From the NCBI GenBank assembly GCA_038239305.1, contig JBBSEW010000015.1, positions 66 to 64,065 on the forward strand: 64,000 bases of DNA. Reading direction: 5' to 3'. A program made the translations under genes and the position numbers. This document shows positions 55,756-64,000 of the stretch, in pieces (the stretch's first letter is position 1; every line of letters starts with the position of its first letter). This DNA comes from Thermoanaerobaculia bacterium. GTDB lineage: Bacteria; Acidobacteriota; Thermoanaerobaculia; UBA5066; Gp7-AA6. The notes beneath the pieces are model-generated. The model saw only the letters and a program-made list of their open reading frames with translations, was not told the origin of the DNA and did no database searches.

Positions 55756-57519
55756 TCAGTTCTCCCCGGCGGCGACGAACACCGGCTCGATGTCTACCGG
55801 GATGTCGGCCAGCCGGAAGTTTGTCGCGTCGATCTCGGGGTTCGACTTCGCGTACCGGTTGAGCAGCCGGCGTCCCCGCTCGGAATCGCCGGTCGCCTCA
55901 ATCTCGAGGAGCTCCGTCGAAAGCGAGCGGACGGCGGCTCGAAACTTGTCGCGCCGGACGGCGAAGCGGCCGTCGGAGGTCGGAACGATGGCTCCCTTTT
56001 CGCGGAACCAGTTCCACTGGACGGCCGTCCCGCCGCCGTGCGCCTCTTCGAGCCCGAAGCGCATCGAACGGAACATGAGCGCCGCGTACGTGGCGCCCAG
56101 GGAATCCTCGTCGAACGACGTCACCCACTTCTGATCGAGGGCGTACAGGATGTTCCAGAGCCCGACGACGTCCGCCTTGCATTCCTCGATCGTCGAATAG
56201 ATCTCCTTCAGCAGAAGCCTCGCCTCGATCTTCTTCCCATCGGGCCCCGCGATGATTCCGGGCCCCAGTCCGTGCGACAGCTCATGGAAGAGCGTGTGCG
56301 TGAAATAGGGATCGAAGGCGACCTTGCCGAGCTGCGATGAGTCGAGCACGCGCTCGGCGATGGGCCGCCCGGATTTCTCGAACTTCGCCTGCATGACGTT
56401 CTTGAGCAGGATCTTCTTGGAGCCCTTCGACTCGCGCACCCGCTCGTCGTTCGGGAGGTTGTACGCGGCCGTCTGGACGCCGCGGCGCCCGTCCCCGGAG
56501 GTAAAGGCTTCCTGGACGACCTTGATCGGGGACTCGAACTTCCGGGCAAAATTCTTGTGGCGATCCTCGATCGGGAGATTGCGTTCCATCTCCGGCAGGT
56601 GTCCGGCGTACACCTCGAGCTTCGCGCTCTCTCCCTTATCGCGAACGGTCACGAACGCTTCGAACGCCGCCTTGTAGTTGAAGAGACCGTCCTCGTAGAT
56701 CTCATAGGGCCCGATCGTCACTTCGATGTCGGAATCAAGATCCATCCAGGCGACGTCGGACGCGAAGTAGTCGTCGTTGCCGAACGCCTTCGCCCGCTCG
56801 AGCAGGAACTTCTTCAGCGACGCGTTCCCCGTCGTCTCGGCCGCCTGCCGGAGCTTCGCGGCCGCCTCGTCGAGCGCCCCCCGGTACGCGCGCGAGTAGG
56901 GGACCGCCACCAGCTGATTTCCGTCGCGGCGGATCACGGTCGTGAGGCTCTGGAACGCCTCCTTGTCCTGCGGGTGCGCGGCGATCCACTGTTCGAATTC
57001 GTCCTTCGTCATGTCGACGGGGTAGAAGCCCGCGCCTTTCGGCTTGGCGCGGCTGCCGATGAAGGGTTGATCTCCCTTCAGCCGGTCCCACGGGCCGGCG
57101 TTGATGTCGAAATATTCGAGTGCCGCTTCCGCGTTCGGACGCCGCTCCCGAACCAGTCGCGCGATCCGCTCGCGCATGGAGGGAACTTCGTCGGCGACCT
57201 GGCCGGCGAACAGCCCCTCGAGAACCCGCGCCGCCTCGATCAGGACCTGAAGCGTGCGAGTCTCACGCGCGTCGAGAAGCGACCGGTCGTAGTCGATGCG
57301 CGTGCGCGTGAACTGGCGCAGTCGTTGCGTGATGTCCGGCGCGATCGTCAGAGAGTCGGACGCAACCGACACCGGTGCGGAAGGGTTCGAGGAAGGCGCG
57401 GGAGCGACGTTCGCCGGGGGTGGGGATTTCATCGCGGGAGCGCATGCCGAGGAGGAGAGAATGAGAACCAGGGCGGCCAGAAGCGCCCCGAGGAGCGAGC
57501 CGATATGAGTCCTTCGCAT
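55756..57519 (-). CDS. zinc metallopeptidase, DPP III (M49)-like, lipoprotein
   Basis: ATG at 57519. Lipobox LILSSSAC. HELSHGLGP and downstream IEECKADVVGL resemble the M49 HExxxH / EExxAE zinc motifs. Confidence 0.7.
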   Translation of the reverse strand: MRRTHIGSLLGALLAALVLILSSSACAPAMKSPPPANVAPAPSSNPSAPVSVASDSLTIAPDITQRLRQFTRTRIDYDRSLLDARETRTLQVLIEAARVLEGLFAGQVADEVPSMRERIARLVRERRPNAEAALEYFDINAGPWDRLKGDQPFIGSRAKPKGAGFYPVDMTKDEFEQWIAAHPQDKEAFQSLTTVIRRDGNQLVAVPYSRAYRGALDEAAAKLRQAAETTGNASLKKFLLERAKAFGNDDYFASDVAWMDLDSDIEVTIGPYEIYEDGLFNYKAAFEAFVTVRDKGESAKLEVYAGHLPEMERNLPIEDRHKNFARKFESPIKVVQEAFTSGDGRRGVQTAAYNLPNDERVRESKGSKKILLKNVMQAKFEKSGRPIAERVLDSSQLGKVAFDPYFTHTLFHELSHGLGPGIIAGPDGKKIEARLLLKEIYSTIEECKADVVGLWNILYALDQKWVTSFDEDSLGATYAALMFRSMRFGLEEAHGGGTAVQWNWFREKGAIVPTSDGRFAVRRDKFRAAVRSLSTELLEIEATGDSERGRRLLNRYAKSNPEIDATNFRLADIPVDIEPVFVAAGEN

Positions 57520-57559
57520 GGGCCGGAATCTAGCATCGTTTCCTCGTCGTAGATCGAGT

Positions 57560-58888
57560 ATGCCGCAGGCCCCCGAGCTCGACCGCCACGCTCTCCTCGA
57601 GTGGTACCGGAGAAACCGGCGCCGCTCGGAGGATCTCTTCGCCCGGATTCCGGACGAGGCCTGGCTGGATCGCCCGATCGCGCTCCGCAATCCGATCTGT
57701 TTCTACGAGGGTCACATTCCGGCTTTCGGCGTGAACACCCTGTGGAAGCGAGCGCTCGGCCATCCGCCGATCGACCCTGGTTATGAGGTCCTCTTCGAGC
57801 GCGGCATCGACCCCGAGGAGGCGCCCGCCGGAGCGCCCTCCGCCTGGCCCGCGCGCGAGACCGTCCGCGCCTACGGGCGGCGCGCGGACGAGGCGCTCGA
57901 GGACGCCTTCGCCCGGGCTCTGCTTTCTTCCGAGAGCAATCCGCTTCTCCTGCGCAGCGAGGCGGTCTTTACGGTGCTCGAGCACGAGGTGATGCACCAG
58001 GAGACGCTCCATTACATGTGGCGGCGGCAGCCGTACGACCGAAAGCTCCCCCGCGGAGGCGCTCCCGCGCCCGAGCCCGGCGGCGCGCTGCCCCCGGCGC
58101 GGGAGATGGCACGCGTTCCGGCCGGCCCCGCGACACTCGGCGCGGACCGGGAGGAGCTGCGGTTCGGATGGGACAACGAGTTTCCGAGGAGAACGATTCT
58201 CGTTCCCGCCTTCGAGATCGGCGTTCACAACGTCACGAACGCGGAGTTCCTCGATTTCGTCGACGCCGGCGGCTATCGGAACGAGGCCCTCTGGCAGGGC
58301 GATTCGCGCCCGCCGCGCGAGGACGAGGATGCCCATCCCCCGTTCTGGGCCCGCGGTGAGCGCGGCTGGGAATGGATCGGGATGTTCGAGCGCATACCGC
58401 TGCCTCCGTCCTGGCCGGCGTGGGTCACGCAGGCCGAGGCGTCCGCGTACGCGCGCTGGAAGGGGATGCGGCTTCCGACGGAAGCGGAATACCACCGCGC
58501 GGCTTACGGCGAGCCCTCCGGTCGGGAGCGCCCTTTCCCTTGGGGGGACGACGAGCCGGATGCGAGCCGCGGAAACTTCGATTTTCATCATTGGGAGCCG
58601 GTCGCCGCGGGCTCCTTCCCGGAGGGCGCGTCGGCATGGGGCATCCACGACCTCGTCGGCAACGGCTGGGAGTGGACGTCGACGGTGTTCGACGGCTTCC
58701 CCGGCTTTCAGCCCATGGCGTCCTATCCGCAGTACTCCGCGGACTTCTTCGACGGGAAGCACTATGTGATGAAGGGAGCCTCGCCGGTGACAGGCCGCGA
58801 GCTCGTGCGCCGGAGCTTCCGGAACTGGTTCCGTCCGAACTATCCTCACGTCTATGCGAGCTTCCGGCTGGTGAAGGACGGGTTGTGA
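57560..58888 (+). CDS. egtB: ergothioneine biosynthesis sulfoxide synthase (DinB_2 + FGE/SUMF1 domains)
   Basis: N-terminal DinB-like region (..PICFYEGHIPAF..VLEHEVMHQETL..). C-terminal FGE-sulfatase-like domain (..GNGWEWTS.. , ..RGASP.. , ..YASFRLV..). Adjacent to egtD. Confidence 0.8.
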   Translation: MPQAPELDRHALLEWYRRNRRRSEDLFARIPDEAWLDRPIALRNPICFYEGHIPAFGVNTLWKRALGHPPIDPGYEVLFERGIDPEEAPAGAPSAWPARETVRAYGRRADEALEDAFARALLSSESNPLLLRSEAVFTVLEHEVMHQETLHYMWRRQPYDRKLPRGGAPAPEPGGALPPAREMARVPAGPATLGADREELRFGWDNEFPRRTILVPAFEIGVHNVTNAEFLDFVDAGGYRNEALWQGDSRPPREDEDAHPPFWARGERGWEWIGMFERIPLPPSWPAWVTQAEASAYARWKGMRLPTEAEYHRAAYGEPSGRERPFPWGDDEPDASRGNFDFHHWEPVAAGSFPEGASAWGIHDLVGNGWEWTSTVFDGFPGFQPMASYPQYSADFFDGKHYVMKGASPVTGRELVRRSFRNWFRPNYPHVYASFRLVKDGL

Positions 58889-58948
58889 AGGCGAAGATGC
58901 CGGCGGCCATTTCTCCGCCTCGAGCCGCGGCGGCAGCTCCCCCGGCGG

Positions 58949-59032
58949 TCGTTTCCCCTTTCCCGATTCCCGTTTCCCGTCTCATCCCGATTCCCGTTTC
59001 CCGCCCTGTCCCGTCTTCCGTTTCGCGGCCGC
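58949..59032. repeat. C-run-rich 24-nt tandem repeat (TCCCGATTCCCGTTTCCCGTCTCA), about 3 units
   Basis: Units 58961-58984, 58985-59008 and 59009-59032 (degenerate), plus a leading gtcgtttcccctt. It fills the egtB-egtD spacer and contains GTTTCCC, the reverse complement of the 35742 heptamer. Confidence 0.9.
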
Positions 59033-59036
59033 ACGC

Positions 59037-60017
59037 ATGAGCCTCCCCACCAGCCTCGACGCCCCTCCGATCGAGATGGTCCGCGATTTCGCCGCGGATG
59101 TGCGGCGCGACCTCGCGCTCAACCCGAAGCAGCTGCAGTCGAAATATCTCTACGACCGCCTGGGATCCACTCTCTTTGAGGCGATCACGCGCCTCCCGTG
59201 GTACCGCATCACGCGGGCGGAGGCGCGGCTGCTGGCCCGCTTTGCGCCGCATATCGCGGCTGCATTTCGCGATCCGATGACCCTCGTGGAGCTCGGCTGC
59301 GGCAGCGGCGAGAAGCTCGCGATGCTGGCCGACGCTCTGCGGATGGGGGAGAGGCCCGTCGCGGTGCACCTGATCGACATCTCGCCGCTCGCCCTCGAGC
59401 TGTCCGAGCGCACTCTCGGCCGGATCCCGCACATTTCGGTCGTCGGCCATCGCGCCACGTACGAGGAGGGGTTGCGTCACGCGGCGCTCCAGCGGGTCGG
59501 GGATAGCGCGATGCTCGTCCTCTTCCTCGGCTCGAACATCGGGAACTTCGACCCGCCCGCGGCTCGCGAGTTTCTCGCCGAGATCCGCGGCGCCCTGCGT
59601 CCCGGAGACGCCCTGCTTCTCGGAGCGGACCTCGTCAAGCCCGAAGAGGAGCTTTTGATCGCCTACGACGATCCGCTCGGGGTCACGGCCGCGTTCAACA
59701 AGAACCTTCTCGCGCGCATGAACGCGGAGCTTCTCGCCGACTTCGACCTCTCCGCGTTCGACCACCGCGCGGTCTGGAATGCGCCGGAAGGCCGCGTCGA
59801 GATGCACCTCGTCTCCCGGCGGTCCCAGGAGGTCCGGATTCCGAGAGCCGACACAGCCGTGCGGTTCGTTGAGAGCGAGTTCATCTGGACCGAGAGCTCG
59901 TACAAGTACGCCCCGGAAGACCTGATCGCCCGCGCGTCCGCGGTCGGGTTCCGCTGCGTCGAGCAGTGGATCGATGCCCGGGCCCGGTTCGCCCTGACGC
60001 TGTTCGAGGCGCAATAG
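59037..60017 (+). CDS. egtD: L-histidine N-alpha-methyltransferase
   Basis: ..KYLYDRLGSTLFEAITRLPWYRITRAE.. , SAM motif LVELGCGSGEK , ..LLGADL.. , ..TESSYKY.. Confidence 0.9.
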   Translation: MSLPTSLDAPPIEMVRDFAADVRRDLALNPKQLQSKYLYDRLGSTLFEAITRLPWYRITRAEARLLARFAPHIAAAFRDPMTLVELGCGSGEKLAMLADALRMGERPVAVHLIDISPLALELSERTLGRIPHISVVGHRATYEEGLRHAALQRVGDSAMLVLFLGSNIGNFDPPAAREFLAEIRGALRPGDALLLGADLVKPEEELLIAYDDPLGVTAAFNKNLLARMNAELLADFDLSAFDHRAVWNAPEGRVEMHLVSRRSQEVRIPRADTAVRFVESEFIWTESSYKYAPEDLIARASAVGFRCVEQWIDARARFALTLFEAQ

Positions 60018-60159
60018 CCGCCGAAGGCGCTTTTCCCAGGGGGCCCTCGTCCTCGTGTAATCTTTCCCGGCGCAATCCCGTCGTTTCCATGATTCGTTTC
60101 GTCCGCGCGGCCCTTGGTCGGGCGGACCTCCGAACGATTCCGTTTCAAGGAGGCCAATT

Positions 60160-61875
60160 TTGAAGCTCACGACCGCCGCTCTCGCCCTGCTCATCGTCGT
60201 GCCCGCCGCTCCCGCCCGATCGCAGGAACGGGTCGATCTCGACATGTTGAACCGGATCCGCCAGGAAGGGTTCCACCACTCCCAGGTGATGGACACCGCC
60301 AGCCGCTTGATGGACGGCATCGGGCCGCGGCTCACCGGATCGCCCAACATGAAGAAGGCGAACGAATGGACCCGCAAGCAGCTCGAGGACTGGGGCCTCG
60401 TCAATGCCCACCTCGAATCCTGGGGGCCGTTCGGCAAGGGGTGGAGCTACGAGGAGTGCAGCGTCCGGATGCTCGCGCCGGACGCCGCGGAGCTGCTCGC
60501 GCTGCCCGTCGCGTGGACGCCCAGCACGAACGGGGTCATTCGGGGGTCCGTTCTCAAGGTGAAGCTGGCAACGGAAGACGATCTCAAAGCCGAGAAGGGG
60601 AAGCTCGCGGGAAAGATCATCCTGCTCGGCGACATGCGCGACGTGAGGACCTCCGATAAAGCCCTCTCGGACCGCTACGATGAGAAGAGACTGAGCGATA
60701 TCGAGCAGTTCGAAATTCCGAGCCTGACGCCCAGGCTGCGACCCGGTCAGCCGCCCTTCGATCGGGAGGACTTCATGAAGCGGCGCCGGTTCCGACGGAC
60801 GCTCGACAAGTTTCTCTCGGACGAGAAGGTGGCCGCTGTGATCGAGCCCGGAGCGCTGGACGGAGGCACGTTCCGCGTCCAGGGTGCGAACAACGGCTGG
60901 AAGTCCGATGCGCCCGCGCTCGTGACCACGATCCAGATGGCCATCGAGCACTTCGGCCGTATCTCGCGGTTGATCGACCTCAAGCAGGACGTGCAGGTCG
61001 AAATGAACGTCCGCGCGAAGTTTCACGCCGACGATGCGATGTCGTACAACACCGTCGCGGAGATCCCGGGCACGGATAAGAATCCCCAGATCGTGATGCT
61101 CGGCGGCCACATGGACTCGTGGCACGGCGGCACGGGCGCGACGGACAACGGAGCCGGCGTCGTGGTCGCGATGGAAGCGGTGCGGATCCTGAAGGCGCTG
61201 AACGTCCACCCGAAGCGAACGATCCGGATCGCTCTCTGGGGCGGCGAGGAAGAGGGCCTCCTCGGTTCCCGGGCCTACGTCGCCCAGCACTTCGGCTCCC
61301 GTCCCGAGGCGACCGGCGGCGACCCCGACCTTCCGTCCTTCCTGAGACCGCCGTCCGGCCCCCTGACGCTCAAGCCCGAGCACGCGAAGCTCTCGGCGTA
61401 CTTCAACCTCGACAACGGAACGGGGCGCGTCCGCGGGGTTTACACGCAGGAAAATGTGGCGGTCGATCCAATCTTCCGGGCCTGGATCGAGCCGCTCAAG
61501 GATCTCGGCGTCACGACCGTGACGCACCGCAACACGGGCGGAACGGATCACCTTTCCTTCGACGCCGTCGGCCTGCCGGGATTCCAGTTCGTCCAGGACG
61601 AAGTCGAGTACGAAACGCGCACGCACCACACGAACATGGACGTTTACGAGCGACTCCAGCGGGAAGACCTCATGCAGGCATCCGTCGTGATGGCGACGTT
61701 CGTGTACCAGGCAGCCGTGAGGGACGCGATGATTCCCCGCAAGCCGATGCCGAAGGACGAGCCCGTTGCGGCCGGCGCCCCCGCCGAGAAGGGCCCGCTC
61801 GCGCGTCCGGAGCAGCCTGCCGCCGCGCCGGCGGGAGCCGCTCCCGCGGTGACTCCCGCCCCCGCCCCTCGCTGA
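60160..61875 (+). CDS. M28-family aminopeptidase with PA domain, secreted
   Basis: TTG start after aaggagg. Signal peptide. ..VMLGGHMDSW..GATDNGAG.. , ..WGGEEEGLLGS.. , ..TDHLSF.. Confidence 0.85.
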   Translation: MKLTTAALALLIVVPAAPARSQERVDLDMLNRIRQEGFHHSQVMDTASRLMDGIGPRLTGSPNMKKANEWTRKQLEDWGLVNAHLESWGPFGKGWSYEECSVRMLAPDAAELLALPVAWTPSTNGVIRGSVLKVKLATEDDLKAEKGKLAGKIILLGDMRDVRTSDKALSDRYDEKRLSDIEQFEIPSLTPRLRPGQPPFDREDFMKRRRFRRTLDKFLSDEKVAAVIEPGALDGGTFRVQGANNGWKSDAPALVTTIQMAIEHFGRISRLIDLKQDVQVEMNVRAKFHADDAMSYNTVAEIPGTDKNPQIVMLGGHMDSWHGGTGATDNGAGVVVAMEAVRILKALNVHPKRTIRIALWGGEEEGLLGSRAYVAQHFGSRPEATGGDPDLPSFLRPPSGPLTLKPEHAKLSAYFNLDNGTGRVRGVYTQENVAVDPIFRAWIEPLKDLGVTTVTHRNTGGTDHLSFDAVGLPGFQFVQDEVEYETRTHHTNMDVYERLQREDLMQASVVMATFVYQAAVRDAMIPRKPMPKDEPVAAGAPAEKGPLARPEQPAAAPAGAAPAVTPAPAPR

Positions 61876-61976
61876 CGTTCCGCGCGTGCTGCGTCGCTGG
61901 CGCCTCTTCTCTTTCGGGAGAGGAGGCTCCGGCGTGCGTCGTTTCGTCTCGCCCTCTCGTCCGGGTCGCTTCTTCT

Positions 61977-62014
61977 CCTGGATCCGTGATCCGTAATCCT
62001 GGATCCGTGATCCG
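61977..62014. repeat. 17-nt direct repeat x2 (CCTGGATCCGTGATCCG) at 21-nt period
   Basis: 61977-61993 and 61998-62014, in the spacer between the two M28 genes. GATC-rich. Confidence 0.9.
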
Positions 62015-62110
62015 GGCATCCGATTCGCGGATAATCTGTGTCGATCGATTCGACGGGTCGTCCTCCTCCGCGCGCCGCGGACCGAGCGTCGGGCCCGCGA
62101 AAGGAAGTCC

Positions 62111-63781
62111 GTGACGATTTTGACCGCCGTACTCCTGGTCGCGCTTCCCGCGACGACCGCGAGAGCCGCTTCCGCCTCTCCCGAGATCGTTTCGCCGGCC
62201 GAGAGAACCGCCGCCGCTGCGATCACGGCAGATCTCATTCGGGCACACACGAAGTTCCTCGCCTCCGACGCTCTCGAGGGGCGCGCCCCGTCCACGCGCG
62301 GCGATCGTCTCGCCCTGGAATACGTGGCGACCGAAATGGAGGCGATGGGTCTTCAGCCGGCGGCGCCCGGAGGCGGCTGGATCCAGAACGTCCCGCTCGT
62401 CGCGATCACTCCGAAGGTCCCGGCGACGATGACCTTCACCGGCGCGAAAGGCTCCGTCACGCTTGCCTACAAGACCGACTTCATGGCGGTGCCGGGGGTC
62501 CAGAAGAAGGAAGCCTCGGTGCAGGATGCGGAAGTCGTGTTCGTCGGCTTCGGCATCGTTGCGCCCGAATACCAGTGGGACGACTACAAGAACGTGGACG
62601 TGCGCGGAAAGATCCTGTTGATGATGAACAACGACCCGGAGGACGATCCGAAGATCTTCGCCGGCAAGACGCGCCTCTGGTACGGCCGGTGGGATTACAA
62701 GTACGAGATCGCGGCGAAGAAGGGAGCCATCGGCGCGATCATCATTCACACGACACCTTCCGCCGGCTACGGTTGGAACGTGATCCAGTCGTCCTGGGCC
62801 GACGAAAAGTACGAGCTACCCGACGAGGGAAGCCAGCGCGTGGCGGTGAAGGGATGGGCGACCGACGAGGCCTCGAAGAGGATCGCGGCGCTGGGCCACC
62901 AGGACCTCGACAAGATGCGCGCGGCCGCCGGGAAGCGCAACTTCCGCCCCGTTCCGCTCGGCGTGAAGCTCACGTTCGCTATCGAAAGCAGCATCCGCAG
63001 TGTTGAGAGCGGCAACGCGATCGGCAAGATTCCCGGAAGCGACCCGGCGCTCGCGAGTCAGGTCGTTCTCTACACCGCGCACCACGACCACTTCGGCCGC
63101 AAGGACGAAGGCGCCAGGCCCGGCGAGGATGTCATCTACAACGGCGCGCGGGACAACGCCTCGGGCGTCGCGGCTATGCTCTCCGTGGCGCAGGGCTACA
63201 TGCGCCTGCCGAAGGCGCCGCGTCGCACCATCCTCTTCGCTTCGGTGACGGCAGAGGAACAAGGTCTCCTCGGATCCGAGTTTCTCGCAAAGCACCCGCC
63301 GGTTCCGCCGGGCGAAATCGCGGCGAACATCAACATCGACGAGGTCAACATTTGGGGAAAGACTCGCGACGTCTCGATGGTGGGCCTCGGCAAGTCGAGC
63401 CTCGACGGCCCGATCCGCGAGATTCTCGCGCTGCAGGGTCGGGTGGTGAAGGCGGATCCCTACCCCGACAAGGGCCATTTCTACCGGTCCGACCAGTTCA
63501 ACTTCGCGAAGATTGGTGTCCCGGCCGCCTACTTCGATTCCGGCACCGACTTCATCGGCAAGCCGGCCGGATGGGGCGAAGAACAGATCGCCGCCTACGA
63601 GAAAAATGACTACCACCAGCCCTCCGACGAATATCGCGAAAGCTGGAATCTCGCGGGCGCGGTCGAGGACCTGCAGCTCGACTTCTACCTGGGCCTGAGA
63701 GTCGCCAACGCCGACGCCATGCCGCGGTGGAACAAAGGCGACGAGTTCGAAGCGGTCCGACTGAAGGCGGTTGTCCGCTAG
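62111..63781 (+). CDS. M28-family aminopeptidase with PA domain, secreted
   Basis: GTG start after aaggaag. Signal peptide. ..LEGRAPSTRGDRLA.. , ..YTAHHDHFG.. , ..NGARDNASG.. , ..TAEEQGLLGS.. , ..SDQFNF.. Confidence 0.85.
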   Translation: MTILTAVLLVALPATTARAASASPEIVSPAERTAAAAITADLIRAHTKFLASDALEGRAPSTRGDRLALEYVATEMEAMGLQPAAPGGGWIQNVPLVAITPKVPATMTFTGAKGSVTLAYKTDFMAVPGVQKKEASVQDAEVVFVGFGIVAPEYQWDDYKNVDVRGKILLMMNNDPEDDPKIFAGKTRLWYGRWDYKYEIAAKKGAIGAIIIHTTPSAGYGWNVIQSSWADEKYELPDEGSQRVAVKGWATDEASKRIAALGHQDLDKMRAAAGKRNFRPVPLGVKLTFAIESSIRSVESGNAIGKIPGSDPALASQVVLYTAHHDHFGRKDEGARPGEDVIYNGARDNASGVAAMLSVAQGYMRLPKAPRRTILFASVTAEEQGLLGSEFLAKHPPVPPGEIAANINIDEVNIWGKTRDVSMVGLGKSSLDGPIREILALQGRVVKADPYPDKGHFYRSDQFNFAKIGVPAAYFDSGTDFIGKPAGWGEEQIAAYEKNDYHQPSDEYRESWNLAGAVEDLQLDFYLGLRVANADAMPRWNKGDEFEAVRLKAVVR

Positions 63782-63803
63782 CAGAGCGCGCGCACTTCGG
63801 ACG

Positions 63804-63955
63804 AATCTCGCGATCTCGCGACCTCATGATCTCGCGATCAATCGAACGATCGAGCGATCGGGGTATCGGGGTGTCAGGAAGACCGCCTCTGGATGAATCG
63901 GGTGATCGGGTGATCCATCAGGGGGGATCGGGTGATCGGAGGAATCGGGGGTGAT
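63804..63955. repeat. third copy of the 41-nt ATCTCGCG module followed by a CGGGTGAT-unit array (same element family as 34908-35059)
   Basis: 63804-63844: aatctcgcg atctcgcg acctcatg atctcgcg atcaatcg. A shared internal gatgaatcg. Then cgggtgat cgggtgat ccatcagg ggggat cgggtgat cggaggaat cgggggtgat. Confidence 0.9.
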
Positions 63956-64000
63956 GGCGCCCCCTCACCCCGGCCCTCTCCCTGTATGGACCGGAGACAT

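Noticed and set aside
52338-55862. 1174-aa ORF on the plus strand
   Set aside because: It is antisense to the PIG-L multidomain gene, the histone-like gene and the end of the M49-like gene. It has an Arg/Gly/Asp-rich composition and no motifs.
1-64000. tRNA, rRNA, transposase, integrase or phage genes
   Set aside because: None were recognised by eye in any intergenic spacer or ORF translation. A tRNAscan or Rfam run would be needed for certainty.

Overview
Very GC-rich bacterial chromosomal segment (GC not computed). I recognised no rRNA, tRNA, CRISPR array, transposase, integrase or phage genes. I support about 57 CDSs. Because of the GC content, most long ORFs in the track that lie antisense to these are treated as artefacts. 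Gene content is ordinary and peptidase-rich. Peptidases: M1 aminopeptidase, S10 carboxypeptidase, M15 D-Ala-D-Ala dipeptidase, an M49-like peptidase and two M28 peptidases. Redox: msrB, SorAB-like sulfite dehydrogenase, a dihaem cytochrome c and a PQQ sugar dehydrogenase. Other functions: xth, metH, a tandem GAPDH pair, egtB-egtD (ergothioneine), two ABC transporter clusters, a CHASE3 kinase with its response regulator, an Lrp/AsnC regulator, and several DinB-fold and alpha/beta-hydrolase proteins. Lineage cannot be decided from the sequence; an Acidobacteriota-like organism is only a guess. Three things are worth a second look. (1) By my count about a dozen of the roughly three dozen intergenic spacers are filled with short tandem repeats of 7, 8, 12, 16, 24 or 27 nt. 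These include a 41-nt GATC-phased module present three times and G/C-run arrays with quadruplex potential. (2) An intact GAPDH paralog lacks the catalytic cysteine and is translationally coupled to a canonical gap gene. (3) A standalone UBP-type zinc-finger gene is coupled to an apparently frameshifted conserved gene. I did not find a clear defence island, biosynthetic cluster or mobile element. Every family call comes from motif recognition by eye, not from database searches.
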